This document shows positions 16,347-25,526 of a stretch of 64,000 nt of DNA, in pieces. The notes beneath the pieces were generated by a model that made no database searches, was not told the origin of the DNA, and worked only from the letters and a program-made list of their open reading frames with translations. The stretch comes from Minisyncoccota bacterium. GTDB lineage: Bacteria; Patescibacteriota; Minisyncoccia; Phycocordibacterales; UBA6065. How positions within the stretch are numbered: the first letter of the stretch is position 1; each line of letters opens with the position of its first letter. A program made the translations under genes and the position numbers. Where the stretch lies: assembly GCA_035546035.1 (NCBI GenBank), contig DASZXC010000003.1, forward strand, positions 479-64,478. The letters are read 5' to 3'.

Positions 16347-17453
16347 ATGACGAAAGTGCTCATGATATCAGCTGACGAAAAGGTGCTTCAGGTAGAAAGC
16401 CCTGTTCAGGCGCGCATGAAAGATTACGGATCGTGCTTCGACGAGCTTCACATCGTCGTGCGCTCTCTTAAAAATCCCGCTATCACGGCGGCGAAGATTT
16501 CTATAGCTCCAAATACGTTCGCGTATCCGACCCAGTCGGCCGGCAAGGCTTCATATATGAAAGACATCGTGCGCGTAGGCGGGGAAGTCATCGCGCAGGC
16601 CGGACTATCGCCGAAAGATTCCGTCATCACGGTCCAGGATCCTTTCGTCACAGGCTCCGCTGCCCTCGCATTGGCAAAACGGTCGGGCTTGCCGCTCCAT
16701 GTTCAGATTCATACCGATATGTACAGCCCCTATTTCAAAGATGGATTCCTCAACAGATTCCGCATACTCATGTCGGGTCGAGTGCTTCGCGCCGCCAAGG
16801 CGATCCGCACGGTATCAGAACGCACCCGCGCCGGTCTGCCGACGGCATTGCGCGCCAAGTCGTCCGTCGTGCCGGTCTACATAGACCTTCATGAGATAAG
16901 GAGAGCGCCGATCTCTGTCGATCTCCATCAAAAATATCCTCAATTCGAAAAGATCGCGCTCATGGCATCGCGCATCACCGCTGAAAAAGATATGCCGACG
17001 GCGTTGCGCGCATTCGCAAAAGCTCTCGCCGATCGCTCGGAGGCAGGTCTCGTCATCGCCGGCGCCGGTCCGGAGCTCGAGAATATCAAATCGCTCGTAA
17101 GCAGGCTCGGTCTCGACGAAAGCGTCGTCTTCGAGCCGTGGACAGACCATGATACTCTTGTCTCATATATGAAGACATGCGACGTTTTTATGCTCTCGTC
17201 TTTGTATGAAGGCTATGGCATGGCGCTCCTCGAAGCGCACGCGGCGGGCGCGACGATCGTTTCGACCGATGTCGGCATAGCGCCTCTTTTGGCAGGGGAA
17301 GTCTGCGAGCCGAAAGATGCCGATGCGTTCGCCCGATCGATCGTGCGCGCATTTTCAGGCGAGCTTCGCAATAAGAATTATGTGTATCCGTATCCGTCGC
17401 GCGCAGCATATCTGGCAGAGCATGCGAAAGATATAGAGCGCGCTTTGCCGTAA
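16347..17453 (+). CDS. Glycosyltransferase family 4
   Basis: 368 aa; YEGYGMALLEAHAAGATIVSTDVGIAPLL. Confidence 0.7.
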   Translation: MTKVLMISADEKVLQVESPVQARMKDYGSCFDELHIVVRSLKNPAITAAKISIAPNTFAYPTQSAGKASYMKDIVRVGGEVIAQAGLSPKDSVITVQDPFVTGSAALALAKRSGLPLHVQIHTDMYSPYFKDGFLNRFRILMSGRVLRAAKAIRTVSERTRAGLPTALRAKSSVVPVYIDLHEIRRAPISVDLHQKYPQFEKIALMASRITAEKDMPTALRAFAKALADRSEAGLVIAGAGPELENIKSLVSRLGLDESVVFEPWTDHDTLVSYMKTCDVFMLSSLYEGYGMALLEAHAAGATIVSTDVGIAPLLAGEVCEPKDADAFARSIVRAFSGELRNKNYVYPYPSRAAYLAEHAKDIERALP

Positions 17454-17470
17454 TCCCGTATAATCTCGCC

Positions 17471-17914
17471 ATGGATACCGCTCTGAATGTCATCCTCTTT
17501 CCGTACCGGCGGGCGATGCGCATATTCCGCCGATCGCAGTTTATCCGCTATATCTTTTCGGGCGGCACGGCCTCGGTTCTCGACGTCGCCCTCGTGTATG
17601 TCCTCGTGACGTATCTCAACGTCTATTATCTGGCCGCGGCGACGTTCGCTATGACGGTTTCATTCATCGCGCGATTCCTCCTCCAGAAATTCGTGGCTTT
17701 CCAGAACGATAACAAAGAAGAGGAGAAGAAGCAGTTCTTCGCGTACAGCATCCTCTATTTCGCGAGCCTTTGGGCGACGAATGCCATGCTCTACGTATTC
17801 GTCGAGAAGCTCCATATGGATGTCACGGTCTCGCAGGTTCTCGCCATACTCATATTCGCCGTCATCAGTTATTTCACCTATAAGTTGCTTATATTCAGGA
17901 AGAAGATCTCATGA
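17471..17914 (+). CDS. GtrA-family membrane protein (polyprenyl-phosphate-sugar flippase-associated)
   Basis: 147 aa, 4 TM; FIRYIFSGGTASVLDVALVYVL...FVAFQN matches the GtrA family. Confidence 0.7.
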   Translation: MDTALNVILFPYRRAMRIFRRSQFIRYIFSGGTASVLDVALVYVLVTYLNVYYLAAATFAMTVSFIARFLLQKFVAFQNDNKEEEKKQFFAYSILYFASLWATNAMLYVFVEKLHMDVTVSQVLAILIFAVISYFTYKLLIFRKKIS

Positions 17915-18963
17915 GGCTTCTTTTTATAACTCAAGCCCTCGACCTCGACGATCCGGTGCTTTCGGCGTATCACCGGCTCGTCAACGAAACGGCCAAGAAT
18001 TTCGATTCCGTAGTCGCCGTCTGCCTGAAAAAAGGGCGATGCGAATTGCCGGCGAATGTTACGATCCGCTCTTTGGGCAAAGAAAGGGGCGGCAGCCGAT
18101 TGGCCGCCAAGCTCCGCTACGTCTCTCGTTTCTACAAATATGTATTCGCGGAACGATATGACGCGGTCTTCGTCCACATGAATCAGGAATATATCCTGCT
18201 CGGCGGACCGTTCTGGAAGATGATGGGGAAGCGCATATACATGTGGAGGAACCACCATGCGGGATCGCTCCTCACCGACATCGCTGCTGCTTTCTGCGCG
18301 AAAGTATTCTGTACGTCTCGATTCTCGTACACGGCGAAATATAAAAAGACGGTTCTCATGCCCGTCGGCATAGACACGCAGACGTTCAAACCGGTACCGG
18401 ATACAAGGCGCATTCCCGGCTCGATCCTATTCCTGGCTCGCATGGCGCCGGTAAAGAAGCCTGATCTTTTTATCGAAATCCTTTTGCGCCTTGAAAAGAG
18501 CAACGTGCCGTTCACGGCGTCTCTCTACGGCGACCCTTTGCCGAAGGACGAGATATTCTACAAATTGCTCCAGGAAAAAGTCGCGGCGCTCGGCTTGGGC
18601 GACAAGACGGTGTTCTACCACGGCGTTCCGAACGGCGCGACGCCCGGTATATACAGCGCTCATGATGTTTCGGTGAATCTGTCTTCGTCCGGCATGTATG
18701 ACAAGACGATATTCGAGGCGATGGCGTGCGAGACTCTCGTGGTCGCTACGAATAAGAACCTCGACGGCCTTGTCCCGGCTGAATTCGTCGCGAAAGAGGG
18801 CGATGCGGAAGAAATCGCAGGAAAGATATCGCATCTGCTCGGGCTTTCGGCTCTGGAAAAAGATTCGTACCGCAAAAAGCTGCGCGCGACCGCCGAGGCG
18901 AAGCATTCTTTGGCTATGCTCGGCAAAAGGCTTGCGGAAGAAGTGGTCGAGCGGATAATCTAA
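17911..18963 (+). CDS. Glycosyltransferase (GT4-like, GT-B fold)
   Basis: 350 aa; the C-terminal half has a GT1/4-like Rossmann domain (SSSGMYDKTIFEAMACETLVVATN). Start overlaps the gtrA-like stop by 4 nt. Confidence 0.55.
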   Translation: MRLLFITQALDLDDPVLSAYHRLVNETAKNFDSVVAVCLKKGRCELPANVTIRSLGKERGGSRLAAKLRYVSRFYKYVFAERYDAVFVHMNQEYILLGGPFWKMMGKRIYMWRNHHAGSLLTDIAAAFCAKVFCTSRFSYTAKYKKTVLMPVGIDTQTFKPVPDTRRIPGSILFLARMAPVKKPDLFIEILLRLEKSNVPFTASLYGDPLPKDEIFYKLLQEKVAALGLGDKTVFYHGVPNGATPGIYSAHDVSVNLSSSGMYDKTIFEAMACETLVVATNKNLDGLVPAEFVAKEGDAEEIAGKISHLLGLSALEKDSYRKKLRATAEAKHSLAMLGKRLAEEVVERII

Positions 18964-18967
18964 CCAT

Positions 18968-19621
18968 ATGGACGTAAAAGCATTCGAGAACAGGCGCTGG
19001 AGCGGGGAAGACCAGGCGATCCAATTCAGGCACAGGGCGGCGCTCGACCTGGTCCCGCGCGGAACCGTGCTCGACCTCGGCTCGGGCGACGGCCTTTTGC
19101 TGTCGCTTCTGTGGAAAAAGAAGGCGATCACGGGCAAAGGGCTCGATCTTTCGGAAGAAGGCGTCAAAAAGGCGAATGCCAAAGGCCTCGACACCCGCGT
19201 ATACGATTTCGGGCTCAATAAATTGCCGTTCGCAGAGGGGAGCTTTGATACCGTCACGCTCCTCGATATCCTCGAGCATCTCTATGATCCAGGTTCGGTA
19301 TTGAAAGAGGCAGCGCGCGTCGCAAAGAAGAACGTCGTCGTCGGCGTGCCTAATTTCAGCTCGCTTCCGGCGCGACTGCAGGTTCTGCTCGGCCGCATTC
19401 CGGAGAATAACCAGCCGAAGAAGGGCCATGTCTACTGGTTCAACAAAAAAGCGCTCGAAAAGATCGCTGCGGATGCGGGATTGCGATTGGTCGAGCTTCA
19501 CACCAACACTCTTTTTGAAAGGGTTCCCGTCGTAGGGACGATAACGAGGCTCAAGGCGCGCTTCTGGCCGTCGCTCTTCGCGCTGTCGTTCGTGGCGAAG
19601 TTCGAGAAGCGCGGGAACTAA
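18968..19621 (+). CDS. Class I SAM-dependent methyltransferase (Methyltransf_11/MetW-like)
   Basis: 217 aa; VLDLGSGDGLL (motif I) ... FDTVTLLDILEHLYDP. Confidence 0.7.
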   Translation: MDVKAFENRRWSGEDQAIQFRHRAALDLVPRGTVLDLGSGDGLLLSLLWKKKAITGKGLDLSEEGVKKANAKGLDTRVYDFGLNKLPFAEGSFDTVTLLDILEHLYDPGSVLKEAARVAKKNVVVGVPNFSSLPARLQVLLGRIPENNQPKKGHVYWFNKKALEKIAADAGLRLVELHTNTLFERVPVVGTITRLKARFWPSLFALSFVAKFEKRGN

Positions 19622-19624
19622 ATC

Positions 19625-20329
19625 CTAGCGCACGAAGAGAGAGTCTTCGCGGAGGATGCCTCCGTCCTTGCCGTCGTGCCTCTGGTCTATGCCGCCTTTG
19701 TAGGTGAAGCCGAGGGAAGTCAGGAGCTTATATATATCGGCGAAAAGAGCCTGGCCTTCGTAGAACGGGACGAATGACGTCTCTACGATGAGCGCATTCG
19801 CGCTCTTAAGGAACTCCGCGCCGCCGAGGATGACTTTGTCTTCGTAGCCCTGCGTATCCATTTTGACGAGGATGTTCTTCTCGGTGCGGGCTGATCTCAT
19901 TTCAGGGATATCGTCGAGGCGGCGCACGGATATGGCCTCTGTGCTCTCGCCTTTGGTATGAGGATAGAGGTCTTTGTGGAGCTGGGCCATCTTGAGGAGC
20001 GACGAGCTCGCCGAATACGAGCTGCGGTTGATATCGGTCGCGGCGTTCCGGTCGCCGAGCGCGCAGTTGAAGGCTTGGAATCGAGGATCGCCCGCCCGCG
20101 AGGCGACGAGCTCGTCATAACAGTCTTTCAGAGGCTCGAACGAATATATGAACGCATCAGGAAGGACAGAGCGGATCTCTTCCGCGAATTGACCGGTGTT
20201 GGCGCCTATGTCGAGGACCGTCTTGATGCCGCGCTCCTTGAGCCAGATGAGCTGGTTCGGCTTGGGCCTGTATTTATGGAAATCGAGGCCGGCTTTCCAA
20301 AGTATCTTTCGGAGAGGGTTTACTGACAT
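19625..20329 (-). CDS. FkbM-family methyltransferase
   Basis: 234 aa; VLDIGANTGQFAEE ... LVKMDTQGYEDKVILGG, the FkbM-domain pattern. Confidence 0.7.
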   Translation of the reverse strand: MSVNPLRKILWKAGLDFHKYRPKPNQLIWLKERGIKTVLDIGANTGQFAEEIRSVLPDAFIYSFEPLKDCYDELVASRAGDPRFQAFNCALGDRNAATDINRSSYSASSSLLKMAQLHKDLYPHTKGESTEAISVRRLDDIPEMRSARTEKNILVKMDTQGYEDKVILGGAEFLKSANALIVETSFVPFYEGQALFADIYKLLTSLGFTYKGGIDQRHDGKDGGILREDSLFVR

Positions 20330-21252
20330 ATGCTTCGAACTATACGCGTTGTTTCCTGTTTAATCCAGCGGAGAGGGGAGATCTCCGCTGCGAACCCATA
20401 TTTCCATGAAGGTTCGACTGATGCGATCTCGTCCTGCGCCTTTTGGAGCGCGGCGATATAGGCATCGTAGATCTTCCCGTGATGGACGGTGATCGGATAC
20501 GGACGTACCGTATTTCCGTCGAGATATGCGATAAAGCCGTGGAAGTGATAGCAGACGAGGGCCTCTCCGTCTATGGAGAATCCTTCGCCCCGCTGCCTGA
20601 TGGTATAGCGGTCAATGTTCCACGTGCCGAGATTCACGCCCTTTTCCGGTATCTCTTCTATATTCGAAAATTCCTGCGGCCAGGTCTTCAGGTATGACTG
20701 GTCTCCGTGGCGGCCTTTGTCGTGATAGTTGAAGCACCATTCGATGCACTGACCTTTCCATTTTCGGAGCGCTGCCTTGCTTGTCTCGTCGTCCTTGAAG
20801 ACGATGAAACCCGAATTGAAATAACCGACGAGATCCGCGAGCGGCGCTTTCTTCGGCGTGAATTTATGGGACGTGAGCATGATAGACGCGTTCGGATGCG
20901 CATCGAAGAGGGGAGCGACGGAAGAATAGAAGAGCAGGTCTGAATCGGCGAATATGAGCGATCCCCTCACTTTTCTTTCGAGGAGATAGCTCATGATCGC
21001 CGGCTTGCACGTCCATGCGAATTCCTGCTTTGTCCGGGCGCGCGTCGCTTCCAAGTCTTTGTTCCCGATATCTACGAGCGCCACTGTCTTTATGCCCGGC
21101 TTCCCGAGCTTTTTAAAAAGCCTTTCGGATTCGTCGTCGAGGCACAGGACCCAGAGCCTCGAGCCGGGCATATGCCTTTCTATTGAATCAAAAAGAGCCA
21201 GGCATTTATAGACAAAGTTCTTGTCGGTAAGGGTGCAAAAATCGTAGGTCAT
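20320..21252 (-). CDS. Putative nucleotide-diphospho-sugar (GT-A-like) glycosyltransferase with DxD motif
   Basis: 310 aa; WVLCLDDES, ADSDLLF (DxD), GYFNSGFIVFK. Weak family assignment. Confidence 0.4.
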   Translation of the reverse strand: MTYDFCTLTDKNFVYKCLALFDSIERHMPGSRLWVLCLDDESERLFKKLGKPGIKTVALVDIGNKDLEATRARTKQEFAWTCKPAIMSYLLERKVRGSLIFADSDLLFYSSVAPLFDAHPNASIMLTSHKFTPKKAPLADLVGYFNSGFIVFKDDETSKAALRKWKGQCIEWCFNYHDKGRHGDQSYLKTWPQEFSNIEEIPEKGVNLGTWNIDRYTIRQRGEGFSIDGEALVCYHFHGFIAYLDGNTVRPYPITVHHGKIYDAYIAALQKAQDEIASVEPSWKYGFAAEISPLRWIKQETTRIVRSICQ

Positions 21253-22295
21253 GCAGTTTTCGTTATCGCGGTGAATACGCCCTCGGCGAGCTTCTTTGAG
21301 GTCAGGCGCGATTTGTAGAGATCATATCCTGCCGCCGCGAGCCTTTCACACGTATCAGGATTCTCTTTAAGGGCGATGATCTTCGCGACGAGCTCGTCTG
21401 CCGATGCAGGCTCGACGGCGGCGCAGGTCACGTTTTCTTCGAGGACTTCGAATATCGCCTTATTCCTGCCGGTAAGGTAGGGAAGCTTTAAGGCGATGCT
21501 TTCGAAGAGCTTGCACGGCAGGGTGCGATCGAGCCTCGGATGCCGCGCGAGCTGGCCGAGCGATATATGGCATTCGAGCATCCGCCGCCGCAATTCATGC
21601 GCGGGAAGCCTGTCATGGATATGCTCGAGATTTCTCGGAGCGAGCTCTACGAGGAGCGCATTTACTTTCCGATACATAAAGCCGTGCCCTATGACGAGGA
21701 ATCTGATTTCCGAATCCTCGAGCCTTTTCGCCGCCTCTATGACGGTGAGGATGCCTGATTCCGGCAGGAATCGGCCACGGAAGAGCACGGTGAAATCAGG
21801 CCGCTTCTGCACCGATGCATCATAGAAGAAATCCCTTTCGTCTATGCCCGAATACGAGAGGACGCATTTGCTCTTCGGGACCAAGAACAATCGGCTCGCA
21901 TATTCGATCTGCGCATTGCTTTCGAGGAGTATCCGCGAGGAAAGATGGAATGAAATGAAGTCTATCGCATACGATTTGAGCGCTTTCCAGCCCAAGAACC
22001 CGATCTCGCCGCGCGAGACGACGTTCGCTTCCCACTGCGACGACACGGCGTTGAATATGATCGGCAAACGGGTCGAAAGTTTCGCACGGATCGCGAGGAG
22101 AGGAGAGGGGTATCCGACGATGACGACGTCTCCCTGGCGCCATTCGCTTCGGAGGCGCGATATGAGGCGGCTATAGGAAAAGCTCTCCTTCTTTTCGGCT
22201 ATCTCGATGACCTCATGCCCGAGCTCGCGAAAGCCCTGAATGAGGTGAGTATCCTGGGTATAGAGGTTTTCGCTGTTGAGGTAGAGGAGTCTCAT
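21249..22295 (-). CDS. Glycosyltransferase (GT-B, GT1/4-like)
   Basis: 348 aa; C-terminal Rossmann-like region (LFESIALKLPYLTGRN...), divergent. Confidence 0.45.
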   Translation of the reverse strand: MRLLYLNSENLYTQDTHLIQGFRELGHEVIEIAEKKESFSYSRLISRLRSEWRQGDVVIVGYPSPLLAIRAKLSTRLPIIFNAVSSQWEANVVSRGEIGFLGWKALKSYAIDFISFHLSSRILLESNAQIEYASRLFLVPKSKCVLSYSGIDERDFFYDASVQKRPDFTVLFRGRFLPESGILTVIEAAKRLEDSEIRFLVIGHGFMYRKVNALLVELAPRNLEHIHDRLPAHELRRRMLECHISLGQLARHPRLDRTLPCKLFESIALKLPYLTGRNKAIFEVLEENVTCAAVEPASADELVAKIIALKENPDTCERLAAAGYDLYKSRLTSKKLAEGVFTAITKTA

Positions 22296-22358
22296 CCGTG
22301 CCTTTAAATCGCCTTTAAATATAGCATTAAATCTGCTATATTTCCCTTATATTTCAAC

Positions 22359-22979
22359 ATGAAATCCTACTCCATCATTCGCGACGGAGAGTACCGTAAC
22401 CTGCGCGGCATCTCTCTCGACGGGGCGATCCTCGACCTCGGCGGCAATATCGGGTCCGAATATCACAGCCTCATCGGAGGCTCGCACGCGTTTACGACCG
22501 TGAACATAGATCGGTCGCATCCGTGCGACATGATATTCGACATTCAGGAGAAATTCCCGCTCGAGACCGGTTCGTTCGATGCGGTCATTTCTATGAACGT
22601 ATTCGAGCATATCTATGGATTCCATAACGCATTTTCGGAGTCGGCGCGCGTGCTGAAGGCGGGCGGCACGTTCGTATTCGCCGTGCCGTTCATGCACCAC
22701 ATCCACGGCTGTCCTGACGATTACATGCGATACACCAAGTCCACGCTCGAAAAGCTCCTTCTCGAAAACGGATTCAAGCGTATGGACATACGCGAGATCG
22801 GCTACGGCATATGTTCGCTGGTCTACCAATCCGCGTCGGGAGCGTTGCCGCGGATCATAAAACCGGCCTTCAAGGCGGTCGCCGTCGGCATAGACAAGGC
22901 CTTGCTCAAGATCATTCCTCGCTATCGCGCCATGGCGGAAAGGATACCGCTCGGCTATTTCGTGGTGGCCCATAAATAA
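22359..22979 (+). CDS. Class I SAM-dependent methyltransferase
   Basis: 206 aa; ILDLGGNIGSE ... FDAVISMNVFEHI ... LKAGGTFVFAVP. Confidence 0.7.
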   Translation: MKSYSIIRDGEYRNLRGISLDGAILDLGGNIGSEYHSLIGGSHAFTTVNIDRSHPCDMIFDIQEKFPLETGSFDAVISMNVFEHIYGFHNAFSESARVLKAGGTFVFAVPFMHHIHGCPDDYMRYTKSTLEKLLLENGFKRMDIREIGYGICSLVYQSASGALPRIIKPAFKAVAVGIDKALLKIIPRYRAMAERIPLGYFVVAHK

Positions 22980-22980
22980 C

Positions 22981-24123
22981 ATGAAGCGCCGACTTTTTCT
23001 CGTATTCCATGGCAGGTTCCCGGGCGAGAAAGCAGCCTCTCTTTTCGCGGCGAAAAGCGCCGAGGCTTTTGCGGATGTCGGTCTCGAGGTGACGGTTCTT
23101 GTTCCAAAAAGGAAGGGTGTCGATAGCCAGACTGCATATGACTATTTCGGCGTGAGGAATGTTTTTTCGATCGTCGAGATACCTGCCACCGAATTGTCGC
23201 CGGTCTTCCGGAAGATATCGTTCTGGATGAGCTACCGCTCGTTCTCAAAGGGTATTGTTGCCTATATAAAAGCTCATGCAGTCTCTGACGACATCGTCTA
23301 TTCGAACGAAACCTTGCCTCTGCTCGCCGCGTCGCGCGTCGCGGGAAATACTTTCTATGAAATGCACGATTTTCCGGAGAGCAAGCTCGCGCTCTTCGGC
23401 CGATTTTTGAAAAAGATGAAATGGGTGCTCGTCCATAACAAATGGAAGATGGAAAAGGTCGAGAGGGCATTCGGCATCTCTGCCGAGCGCATGCTCTATG
23501 AGCCGAATGCGGTAGATATAGGAGCTTTCGATATCTCCGTGTCTAAAGAAGAAGCTCGAAAGAAGCTTGGTTTGCCTCCGGATAAAAAGATCGCCGTGTA
23601 TACAGGGCATCTCTATGGCTGGAAGGGCGTGGATGCGCTCGCGCAGGCAGCAGGCATGCTCGCCGATGATTTTCTTGCCGTATTCGTGGGCGGTACCGAT
23701 GCCGACGTCGCAGCGTTCAAATCGAAATACGGCGACTCGCCGCGGATTCTGATCGCAGGCCACAAAAAGTACGCTGAAATCCCTGTCTGGCAAAAGGCCG
23801 CTGACGTTCTGGCGCTTCCTAATTCGGGTAAAGAAGCGATATCTCTCTACTACACGTCGCCGATGAAGCTGTTCGAATACATGGCGAGCCGGAGGCCGAT
23901 CGTCGCATCCGACATCCCATCCATCCGCGAGATCGTGGACGGATCGTCGGCGTCTCTGGTCCCGCCTGATGATGCAAAAGCCCTCGCGGATGCGATCCGG
24001 ACGCTCGCTTCTGATTCTCAAGGGGGAGAGGCTCTCGCCCAGAGCGCTTTCGCGCGGGTTTCCAGTCATACATGGGAGAAGCGCGCCCGTCGCATCCTTT
24101 CTTTCATAGAAAAAAATGGTTAA
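22981..24123 (+). CDS. Glycosyltransferase family 4
   Basis: 380 aa; GT4 C-terminal domain (KLFEYMASRRPIVASDIPSIREIV). Confidence 0.75.
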   Translation: MKRRLFLVFHGRFPGEKAASLFAAKSAEAFADVGLEVTVLVPKRKGVDSQTAYDYFGVRNVFSIVEIPATELSPVFRKISFWMSYRSFSKGIVAYIKAHAVSDDIVYSNETLPLLAASRVAGNTFYEMHDFPESKLALFGRFLKKMKWVLVHNKWKMEKVERAFGISAERMLYEPNAVDIGAFDISVSKEEARKKLGLPPDKKIAVYTGHLYGWKGVDALAQAAGMLADDFLAVFVGGTDADVAAFKSKYGDSPRILIAGHKKYAEIPVWQKAADVLALPNSGKEAISLYYTSPMKLFEYMASRRPIVASDIPSIREIVDGSSASLVPPDDAKALADAIRTLASDSQGGEALAQSAFARVSSHTWEKRARRILSFIEKNG

Positions 24124-25519
24124 GGATTTTGTTGCGCGCTATAAAGTCGAGGTCATCATATTCTGCATCGCCCTCGCCGCGAGGCTCGTACTTTTTTCCA
24201 TCGTTTTTGCCCACAATGACGGCAATCTCCTGAATTCGATCCACGGCGACGACGGATATTATGAATTGTCGCAGGGAATCCTGAATGGCCACGGCATGAC
24301 GTGGGATACGCAGCCGCCGTTCGCACCGAATCCTTTGCGCCCGCCGGTCTGGCCGTATCTCATTGCGTTTTTTGCGGGCGTGTTCAAAACATACTGGGCC
24401 GTATTCGCTTTCGAGCTTGTCCTCGGAAGCCTTATCCCAGTCCTCGCATACAGGGTCGCACGTATGCTCTTCGGGCATCGCATAGGGAAGTGGACAGCGA
24501 TCATCATGTGCGTCGAGCCGTACCTCATGTTGTTTTCGATCATCCTCTATACCGAGACGTGCTTCATGTTCTTTTTCCTCCTTTTTCTGATATTCCTCAT
24601 CAGATATATAGAACGGCCGACGATCCGGTCGGCGCTCTACGCGGGTCTGACGCTCGGCCTCGCCACGATGGTGAAGCCGACGGTTCAATATCTGCCGATA
24701 TTGATACCGATCGCGCTCGCGATCATGTGGCGCGAACGTTTGCGCGGTCCACAACAAGGCGGCGAAGGTACGGCTTTAGCGAAGCAATGCGCGATATTCC
24801 TTCTGATGTTCTTGGTCGTCATCGCTCCGTGGCTCGTGCGAAATCACCAAGCGTTCGGCGTCTGGGGCATGAGCGCCCAACCGGAATTCAATCTGTACGT
24901 GTATCTCGCGCCGACGCTGCTCGCCATAGACAACGGCACCGACTTCAAAACGGAATACGCCGCATTTGTTGAAAGAGGCGGCTTCGATCCGAATTCCATA
25001 ACGCTCGCCAATGCGGATATCTATAAATCGAAGGGGCTCGATGTTATCAGAGACCACAAGCTCGCGCTCATGAAATCAGGGCTCATAACGCTCGTCACGT
25101 TCTTTACCCATGACGGCATGCTCACGGTGCTCGGATATTCAGGCATTACGATACCGAACGTCGTTTCGAAGCCGGTCATACAATTAGCTTCTCATCCGAT
25201 CGAGCTTGCATCGGTCATGGCGCGCTATGCGGCAAGCCCTGCTGTGCTCATCATCCTCTTGCGCTTGTTCTGGATCGCCGTGACGATATCGTTCGTATAC
25301 GGCGCATGCAGATATCTCCGCAGGGGAGACAAAGCCGCTGCCGCGATCATGATTCTCATAGTCCTCTATTTCGCCGGTACGACGGCGATCAACGGATTCG
25401 GCGTGAATGCGCGATTCAGGATGCCGGTGGACGCTATCATCCTCGGATTCGCTCTATTTGGACTTTTTTCCATAAAAAGGGATAATACGCGCACTGAAAT
25501 CCCTGCAGCTGCTCGATGA
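24116..25519 (+). CDS. Polytopic GT-C-type glycosyltransferase (ArnT/PMT_2/GT39-83-like)
   Basis: 467 aa, ~11 predicted TM helices; N-terminal loop with DDGYY; overall architecture of polyprenyl-phosphate-sugar-dependent GT-C enzymes. Confidence 0.55.
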   Translation: MVKDFVARYKVEVIIFCIALAARLVLFSIVFAHNDGNLLNSIHGDDGYYELSQGILNGHGMTWDTQPPFAPNPLRPPVWPYLIAFFAGVFKTYWAVFAFELVLGSLIPVLAYRVARMLFGHRIGKWTAIIMCVEPYLMLFSIILYTETCFMFFFLLFLIFLIRYIERPTIRSALYAGLTLGLATMVKPTVQYLPILIPIALAIMWRERLRGPQQGGEGTALAKQCAIFLLMFLVVIAPWLVRNHQAFGVWGMSAQPEFNLYVYLAPTLLAIDNGTDFKTEYAAFVERGGFDPNSITLANADIYKSKGLDVIRDHKLALMKSGLITLVTFFTHDGMLTVLGYSGITIPNVVSKPVIQLASHPIELASVMARYAASPAVLIILLRLFWIAVTISFVYGACRYLRRGDKAAAAIMILIVLYFAGTTAINGFGVNARFRMPVDAIILGFALFGLFSIKRDNTRTEIPAAAR

Positions 25520-25526
25520 TCCTGCG